Below are positions 31,746-36,815 of a stretch of DNA of 36,815 nucleotides, piece after piece. This stretch comes from a virus. The DNA lies in IMG/VR virus record IMGVR_UViG_3300044998_000754, one strand, 5' to 3'. Positions within the stretch are counted from its first letter, which is position 1, and every line of letters starts with the position of its first letter. The position numbers were made by a program, and so were the translations under genes. The notes under the pieces were generated by a model that saw nothing but the letters and a program-made list of their open reading frames with translations, searched no databases and had not been told where the DNA came from.

Positions 31746-31931
31746 ATGAGTCTCTTTGAGAACCCCGACCCCGACCCCGACCCCTTCCCCCGCCGGCCGG
31801 GGGAGAGCCACGCCGAGCTTCACCTCCGCCGGCTCCGTGAGGACCCCGACTACGCCGCGGCCGCCGTCGCCCTGTTCGGCCGAGACAAGGACGGGAAGGG
31901 GTACACCGTGTCCCCGTCTTCGGCTCTCTGA
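31746..31931 (+). CDS. Hypothetical protein (61 aa), divergent from int
   Basis: RBS gggag. Contains a (GACCCC)x3 run encoding DPDPDP. GC3-rich. Confidence 0.5.
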   Translation: MSLFENPDPDPDPFPRRPGESHAELHLRRLREDPDYAAAAVALFGRDKDGKGYTVSPSSAL

Positions 31932-31963
31932 CCTACGATCGCTCCCAAGGCTCCGGTGACCTT

Positions 31964-31988
31964 GGGCTCCTTCTGCTTCCTGGAGGCC
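31964..31988 (+). repeat. 25-bp direct repeat, copy 2 (GGGCTCCTTCTGCTTCCTGGAGGCC)
   Basis: Contains the GGAGG Shine-Dalgarno of the HNH gene (ATG 31995). CTCC...GGAG can pair within the repeat. Confidence 0.8.
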
Positions 31989-31994
31989 GGCCCG

Positions 31995-32342
31995 ATGCTC
32001 CCTCGCCCTTGTCTCGTTGACGGCTGCCCCGGCATCACCACCGCTGGCCGGAGCCGGTGCTCCGCTCACGAGAACCAGATGAACGCCGCCAAGCGCCGCC
32101 GCCGAGCGGCTGCTCCTGGTGACGGAGCCGCCGCCAGGTTGCGCCGCACCCTCAACATCTTCGGAGTGGGCACTTGTGCAGTCTGCTCGGTCCGTCTCCC
32201 GGCTCATCTCCTCGACGTGGACCACCTGGTCCCCCTCATCGACGGGGGAGGGGACTACGACCACAACGTCCGTCCGATCTGTCGCTCGTGTCACCGGGAG
32301 AAGACAGCGAACGAGGCCAGGGCCAGACGTCGGACGAGCTGA
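31995..32342 (+). CDS. HNH endonuclease
   Basis: 115 aa from the ATG after ggagg. CLVDGCPG...RCSAHE, then CAVC...DVDHLVPLIDGGGDYDHNVRPICRSCHREKT (HNH core). Confidence 0.85.
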   Translation: MLPRPCLVDGCPGITTAGRSRCSAHENQMNAAKRRRRAAAPGDGAAARLRRTLNIFGVGTCAVCSVRLPAHLLDVDHLVPLIDGGGDYDHNVRPICRSCHREKTANEARARRRTS

Positions 32343-32590
32343 ACGCCGACACGACCGGTCAGCCGTCCAGAAGTTCACAGGTTTGGGCCGACGGAAGCCC
32401 CGGCCCAGGTCCGTGCGCTCATTCTGAGTTGCGATTTGTTCTCGAGACTCCTTCTCGGACCCTCCGGTCGTTGCCGTTTGAGCCCGCTCCACCGCCTTGG
32501 GGAGCGTGTGGCTCCGGCCGCCCTGGAGGGTCCTGAACCCGTCCATCCGGGCCTGCACCGGTCCGCTGACACCGTCTGGAGCCTTCGATC

Positions 32591-32833
32591 ATGCCCATGT
32601 TCGACCCCGAGACCGGCCGCCTGCTCGATCGAGAGGCCCTCCGATCCCTCCAGGTCAACCCGAAGGGCCTGACCGTCCCTCGGCCCGTCATCCGTGACGG
32701 GAAGAAGGTTACCCCGGTCCTCGATCCCGCCACGGGCCGCTTCGAGGGCACGTCCGTAGAGCACGGCTCGGGCCGTGTTGACCAACACGTCCTCGCCCAA
32801 GCTGCGAGGGCCTCGACCTCACAAGGAGCCTGA
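32591..32833 (+). CDS. Hypothetical protein (80 aa)
   Basis: GC3-rich frame with ggag upstream. First gene after a 248-bp intergenic gap. Confidence 0.5.
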   Translation: MPMFDPETGRLLDREALRSLQVNPKGLTVPRPVIRDGKKVTPVLDPATGRFEGTSVEHGSGRVDQHVLAQAARASTSQGA

Positions 32834-32835
32834 AC

Positions 32836-33285
32836 ATGGCCTTCGCATCCTCGTACGTCAACGGCCGGACCTTGAGCGACATCCTCCAGGGAACGTCGAT
32901 CAACCTCGACACCAACACCATCAAGGTCGCCCTGTTCACCAACTCGGTCACGGCCGGCGACAAGAACGCCGTCGAGTCCTACGGCTCAGCTCCGTACAAC
33001 GCCAACGAGGTCTCCAGCGCCAACTACACGGCCGGCGGAGCCGCCCTGACCAACCCCGGCATCGCCACGCCGTCCGGCGGCAAGTTCGTGTTCGATGACA
33101 CGGCAGATTCGTTGGCCTGGAGCGATGTGACCTTCACGGCCCGCGGCTGCGTCGTCTACTCGGACACGGCCAGCCCCAAGCGAGTCCTCTGCGCCATCAA
33201 CTTCGGATCGGACCGGTCCGTGACCGCTGGGACCTTCACGATCACCTGGGACGCCACCAACGGCATCTTCTACGCGACCTACTGA
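32836..33285 (+). CDS. Hypothetical structural-type beta-rich protein (149 aa)
   Basis: MAFASSYVNGRTLSDILQG...IKVALFTNS...FTARGCVVYSD...TFTITWDATNGIFYATY. Tightly packed with the downstream fibre/esterase gene. Confidence 0.55.
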   Translation: MAFASSYVNGRTLSDILQGTSINLDTNTIKVALFTNSVTAGDKNAVESYGSAPYNANEVSSANYTAGGAALTNPGIATPSGGKFVFDDTADSLAWSDVTFTARGCVVYSDTASPKRVLCAINFGSDRSVTAGTFTITWDATNGIFYATY

Positions 33286-33307
33286 TCCCAAAGGAGAGGA
33301 GTGAGAC

Positions 33308-35842
33308 ATGCCGACCGTCACGACCGAAGTCTCACTCCTCACGGGCACCGACGACGCCACCTACGACAACAGCTCCTACACCGACAGCGCTAACACACAT
33401 TGGATCGGCGTCCGCCGCTCCAGCGGCGTCACGGTCGGGAACTGGGGAGGCTTCCGGTTCCGCATCCCGACGTCGGTGGACCCTTCCCGCATCACCTCGG
33501 TCAAGCTCTCCCTCTACAACATCACGGCCGGTAACACCGTTGAGGCCGTCATCCGGGTCGAGCAGTCCGCCGCCGCCGCTTGGTCATCGTCCGGCTCCAA
33601 CCGCCCGGACAACCGCTACAACGCCGTCGGCTCGTCCGGGGAGGTAGCGTGGAACTACACCTCATCGGTGGGCCGGGTCGAGTCGCCGGACATCTCGGCC
33701 CGCGTCATCTCGGCCCTGGCGAACATCGACCAGGGCTCGGACTACCTCGGCATCCTCATCGGTCCGTCCGCCGCCACGGTCTCACGACGAACGCAGTATT
33801 CGTCTCAGGACACGAGCACGGCCGCCAACCGACCGCTGCTCATCATCACGGAGGACGTCCCCGCCGAGGACGCCGAGGTCACGACGGTCGCTCCATCGGT
33901 CGCTGCCCAGACGCCCGACGACGTCGAGACGGGAGCCTGGACCGAGCACCTGGACGTCTCCTACCACGACGGGATCGGCTCCAGCACACGCCGCTCCTGC
34001 AACGTCTACGTCCCCTACGGGACGCCCCCGAGCGGGGGCTGGCCGGTCATCCTGTTCGTCCACGGAGGCTCCTGGATCGGCGGGAGCCGAAACTCCATCA
34101 CCTCCAAGCTCATCACCAGGTCGATCTCGGCCGGCTGGGCCATCATCTCGATCAGTTACAAGCTGTCGGACTGGAACGTCCTGCTCAACACGAACACCGG
34201 AGCCAACCGCCCGTCTCACACCCAGGACGTCCTCTGCGCTACCAAGTGGATCGCCGCGTCGGCCGCTGACACCTACGGGCTGAACCCGGACAAGCTCGTC
34301 GGGATGGCCTACTCGGCCGGCGCTCATCTGCTGCTGGAGGCCGCCCTCCTCATCGAGGACCCGGACCGCGACACCTACGTCATGGCCTACAACGGCGCTT
34401 CCGGAACGGAACGCCGTACCACCTACAACGCCTCGACGGTCCTGAACTTCACACAAGGTCGGACCGGCTTCCCATCGTTCCGAGGTCTGTTCCTCTGGGC
34501 CGGCCCGGTCCGGTTGTCGGAGCTGTACGGCATCCCGCTCGTTCAGTCGGCCGCCCGCGGCTACATCGGACAGCTCCCGAACAACTCCCTCTCCAACACG
34601 GCCACGGCCGGCGAGGGCAACCTGAACGACTTCATCACGGCCGCCTCGGGCAGCATCTACGACACCCGCTCCGAACGTGTCCCGCCGTTCCCGATCGCGT
34701 ACTGCGAGGACACCACGGACCTGATCGTCCCGCCCGACGCCGGACTCACCCCGCTACGCGCCGCCCTCGACGCTGTCGGCTACGACGTGTCCGCTGGCAA
34801 CGGAGTCGTCAACCCTGACGGCCTGTCCTACCGCAGCTACGCCGGCTCGGGCCACGACTGGCTCCTCGCCCAGAACGATTGGACCTTCTGGCGGAACTGG
34901 CTTGACGCCGTTCCACTCGGTGGCGAGGACGACACGGTCACGACCACGGCACCCTCGGCCGCCGCCAGCACCGGCTCCCCGACGGTCACCATCTCGGCCG
35001 AGGTCACGACCACGGCCCCCTCAGCCGCCGCCAGCACCGGCTCCCCGACGGTCGAGACCGGCTTCGGTGACGACGTCGATGTCACCGCTCCGATCGCCCA
35101 GGCCTGGACCGGCGACCCAACGGTCTCCATCTCCGCCGAGGTCACCACCACGGCACCCTCGGTCACCGCCGGCACCGGCGACCCAACGGTTGACGCCGGC
35201 TCCGGCGACACGGTCACCACCACGGCACCCTCGGTCACGGTCATCACCGCTGAGCCCTCCGTCTCCACGGCCACCGCCGGAGAGGCCGACCCAGCGGCCG
35301 CCGCCCTGGTCCTCGGGACCGGCGAGGCTACCGTCGTCGTCGTGGACGCCGAGGTCCTGACCGCTGCTCCGACGTTCTCCGTCACCGCCGGAGAGGCCTC
35401 CACCGCCGGCTCCACCGAGGTCACCGCCACGGCACCCTCGGTCGCCCTTGACCTCCCGGCTCCGTCGGTCTCCACGGCCGCCGCCGGAGAGGCTGACCCC
35501 GCTGCGGCCGGCTTCATCCTCGGCACCGGCACACCGACAGTCTCGGTCTCCTCCTCCGATGCGGTCACCGTGGCCGCTCCTGGGTTCGTGGCCGGCGTCG
35601 GCCTGGCGGACGCCTCGTCCGGAGCCTCGGTCGCCACCGCAGCACCGGCGCTCGTCGTCTCGGCCGACGCTCCGACAGTCGTGACCGACGCCGCCGTCTC
35701 CACCACGGCCCCGACGGTCACCGTCACAGCGCCGGCCCCGAGCACCGGCACCGGTCTCGTCCTGGTCACGGCCGCCAGACTCCTCCCTCCGTCCTGGAGC
35801 GCCGTTCTCGTCCCGACCTCACTCGCCCGCCTGAGGAGATGA
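33308..35842 (+). CDS. Large multidomain protein: DNRLRE-like beta-sandwich N-terminus, alpha/beta-hydrolase (esterase) domain, and an Ala/Thr/Ser/Val/Pro-rich repeat tail
   Basis: 844 aa. HGGSW oxyanion-type motif at 34061..34075. Nucleophile-elbow-like GMAYSAGA, with the Ser codon at 34313..34315. GSGHDW lies near the end of the domain. The C-terminal 300 aa are built from VTTTAPS-type repeats. Confidence 0.7.
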   Translation: MPTVTTEVSLLTGTDDATYDNSSYTDSANTHWIGVRRSSGVTVGNWGGFRFRIPTSVDPSRITSVKLSLYNITAGNTVEAVIRVEQSAAAAWSSSGSNRPDNRYNAVGSSGEVAWNYTSSVGRVESPDISARVISALANIDQGSDYLGILIGPSAATVSRRTQYSSQDTSTAANRPLLIITEDVPAEDAEVTTVAPSVAAQTPDDVETGAWTEHLDVSYHDGIGSSTRRSCNVYVPYGTPPSGGWPVILFVHGGSWIGGSRNSITSKLITRSISAGWAIISISYKLSDWNVLLNTNTGANRPSHTQDVLCATKWIAASAADTYGLNPDKLVGMAYSAGAHLLLEAALLIEDPDRDTYVMAYNGASGTERRTTYNASTVLNFTQGRTGFPSFRGLFLWAGPVRLSELYGIPLVQSAARGYIGQLPNNSLSNTATAGEGNLNDFITAASGSIYDTRSERVPPFPIAYCEDTTDLIVPPDAGLTPLRAALDAVGYDVSAGNGVVNPDGLSYRSYAGSGHDWLLAQNDWTFWRNWLDAVPLGGEDDTVTTTAPSAAASTGSPTVTISAEVTTTAPSAAASTGSPTVETGFGDDVDVTAPIAQAWTGDPTVSISAEVTTTAPSVTAGTGDPTVDAGSGDTVTTTAPSVTVITAEPSVSTATAGEADPAAAALVLGTGEATVVVVDAEVLTAAPTFSVTAGEASTAGSTEVTATAPSVALDLPAPSVSTAAAGEADPAAAGFILGTGTPTVSVSSSDAVTVAAPGFVAGVGLADASSGASVATAAPALVVSADAPTVVTDAAVSTTAPTVTVTAPAPSTGTGLVLVTAARLLPPSWSAVLVPTSLARLRR
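34937..35560 (+). repeat. Nested coding tandem/dispersed repeats (66-bp unit at 34937 and 35003; degenerate copies at 35141, 35213 and 35420; about 207-bp-period pair at 35261 and 35468)
   Basis: Direct reading: gtcacgaccacggcaccctcggccgccgccagcaccggctccccgacggtc is repeated 66 bp later with 2 changes. Confidence 0.8.
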
Positions 35843-35846
35843 CGCC

Positions 35847-36149
35847 ATGAACATCTCGGTTCTCTCGGTTGAGTTCCTGACGGTCGAGGTCACGGCTCTG
35901 ACCGATCCGACGGCCGGCTCTGTTGAGTTCGCTTTCACCACGACCGGCCGGCCCGGTCCATCGGACTGGGTCGCCGGTTCGTGGGATGGCGACCCGGTCG
36001 AGACCGGCCCGTATCACAGAGCCCGAGCCCGTGTTCTGGTTGGACCCGGATACCGAGAGCTGCCTTTGGGATCGGTCGCTGTCTGGGTCCGGACCTCCTC
36101 CGCCCCGGAGAACATCGTGAAGGTCGCTGGCAGTCTGGACGTCTCATGA
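35847..36149 (+). CDS. Hypothetical small beta-rich protein (100 aa), tail-module type
   Basis: RBS gaggag. ...VEFAFTTTGRPGPSDWVAGSWDGD...VLVGPGYRELPLGSVAVWVRTSSAPENIV.... ATGA coupling to the next gene. Confidence 0.55.
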   Translation: MNISVLSVEFLTVEVTALTDPTAGSVEFAFTTTGRPGPSDWVAGSWDGDPVETGPYHRARARVLVGPGYRELPLGSVAVWVRTSSAPENIVKVAGSLDVS

Positions 36150-36815
36150 GCAGGACCGTCAACAGCACAGATCGACCGGTCCCACCGCCGAGCCTGTCCG
36201 GCGTCCGTCTCTGGGACGAGTTCTCACCAGAGTGGAACGAGCCGGTCGCCAACCGCCGGTCCGATCCCGACAGAACCGCCAGACTCCAGGCCTGGGACGA
36301 CAGAGTCCGATGCCACCTCAAGGGTCCCTACCCCGGCGGCATCCCGTGGCAGCGTGTCGATGGTGTCCACTTCACTAGGGTCTGGTACGCCTCGCAGCGG
36401 CCAACGTTCCGGGACCCGTTCCCGTGCGTCCGGCTCCCACTTCCGTCTGTCGTCCGCCGCTACGGTGACCCGTCGGCGGACTGGACCGACGCCCAATGGT
36501 TCGGGATCGACCTGGAGCGCCGGGTCTACTACGAGGCCTCATCCATCGGCCCCGCCTTCCTCGGGTTCCCGCACCCGTGGCGCGCCGACAACATCAAGGT
36601 CTACGACCTGTCCCGAGACTGGCGCTCGCAGGATCGCTCCATCACCGGCTCCGGCGTCCCGATGCTCCCGATGGTCCCCCGTCCCGAGGAGCTTCGGCGT
36701 GGTCCTGGGGGAGTCACACACGCCCTACACTTCGTCGCCGCCGGCTACGCCCCGGAGATGACCGGCATCGCCCGCAAGACGGACGGCACCATCCCAGGTC
36801 ACCCTCTCCGGGCCG
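36146..36815 (+). CDS. 5' part of the junction-spanning CDS (continues at 128..339 after collapsing the overlap)
   Basis: Hand translation from ATG 36146 to the window end has no stop codon, and it is in frame with ORF 70..339 via the 127-bp identity. Confidence 0.75.
   Translation, partial: MSRTVNSTDRPVPPPSLSGVRLWDEFSPEWNEPVANRRSDPDRTARLQAWDDRVRCHLKGPYPGGIPWQRVDGVHFTRVWYASQRPTFRDPFPCVRLPLPSVVRRYGDPSADWTDAQWFGIDLERRVYYEASSIGPAFLGFPHPWRADNIKVYDLSRDWRSQDRSITGSGVPMLPMVPRPEELRRGPGGVTHALHFVAAGYAPEMTGIARKTDGTIPGHPLRA
36689..36815. repeat. 127-bp terminal direct repeat, identical to 1..127
   Basis: See the feature at 1..127. Confidence 0.95.

Larger units (their letters stand above)
1..36815. mobile_element. 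Complete temperate siphovirus genome (HK97-like structural module, serine integrase), circularly permuted in this window
   Basis: Full set of packaging, head, tail, lysis, replication and integration genes. Terminal 127-bp identity closes the circle. One CDS is continuous across the junction. Confidence 0.85.

Noticed and set aside
31763-31784. (GACCCC)x3-4 microsatellite in ORF 31746..31931 as a phase-variation switch
   Set aside because: The hexamer unit keeps the reading frame on slippage, so it would change only the DP-repeat number. There are too few copies to argue for a switch.
34937-35560. CRISPR array, or diversity-generating retroelement VR/TR pair, as an explanation for the repeats here and at 28004..28264
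   Set aside because: The repeats are in frame inside long CDSs, have no unique spacers of constant length, and no cas or reverse-transcriptase gene is present. The differences between copies are T/C transitions rather than adenine-specific.

Overview
The window is a complete, circularly closed genome of about 36.7 kb from a temperate, HK97-like siphovirus of a high-GC, actinobacterial-type host. Bases 1..127 are identical to 36689..36815, and one CDS reads through that junction. Every gene except one is on the + strand.

Gene order, starting after the integrase:
- Late region: a small ORF, an HNH endonuclease, and a putative tail-fibre/esterase module (32836..339, wrapping the junction).
- Packaging and head: terS (P27 family), a class II ribonucleotide reductase (nrdJ) inserted between terS and terL, terL, portal, prohead protease, and major capsid protein.
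- Neck and tail: neck proteins, major tail protein, G/GT chaperones with a -1 frameshift, tape measure, and Dit-like and receptor-binding-like proteins.
- Lysis cassette: amidase endolysin and two holin-like membrane proteins, with a DUF5664-type NTP pyrophosphatase-like gene between them.
- Early/replication operon (17307..30138), after a terminator and a near-consensus promoter: small ORFs, PD-(D/E)XK exonuclease, DUF4406 protein, a frameshifted HTH gene, Holliday-junction resolvase, primase/SF3 helicase, family A DNA polymerase, a Zn-ribbon/T5orf172-like protein, a tiny basic ArfA-like protein, and a sigma factor.
- The only minus-strand gene is a large serine integrase (30119..31594/31669).

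The most interesting non-genic signals are:
- a 20-bp dyad-symmetric operator-like motif (GTCCG-N-GAA-NN-TTC-N-CGGAC) recurring in intergenic gaps;
- leaderless -10-to-ATG promoter geometry at three early genes;
- a 430-bp non-coding region holding an AT-rich hairpin with 33-bp arms and an RBS-sequestering hairpin.

All functional calls come from motifs I recognise by eye and from synteny. No database search was possible.
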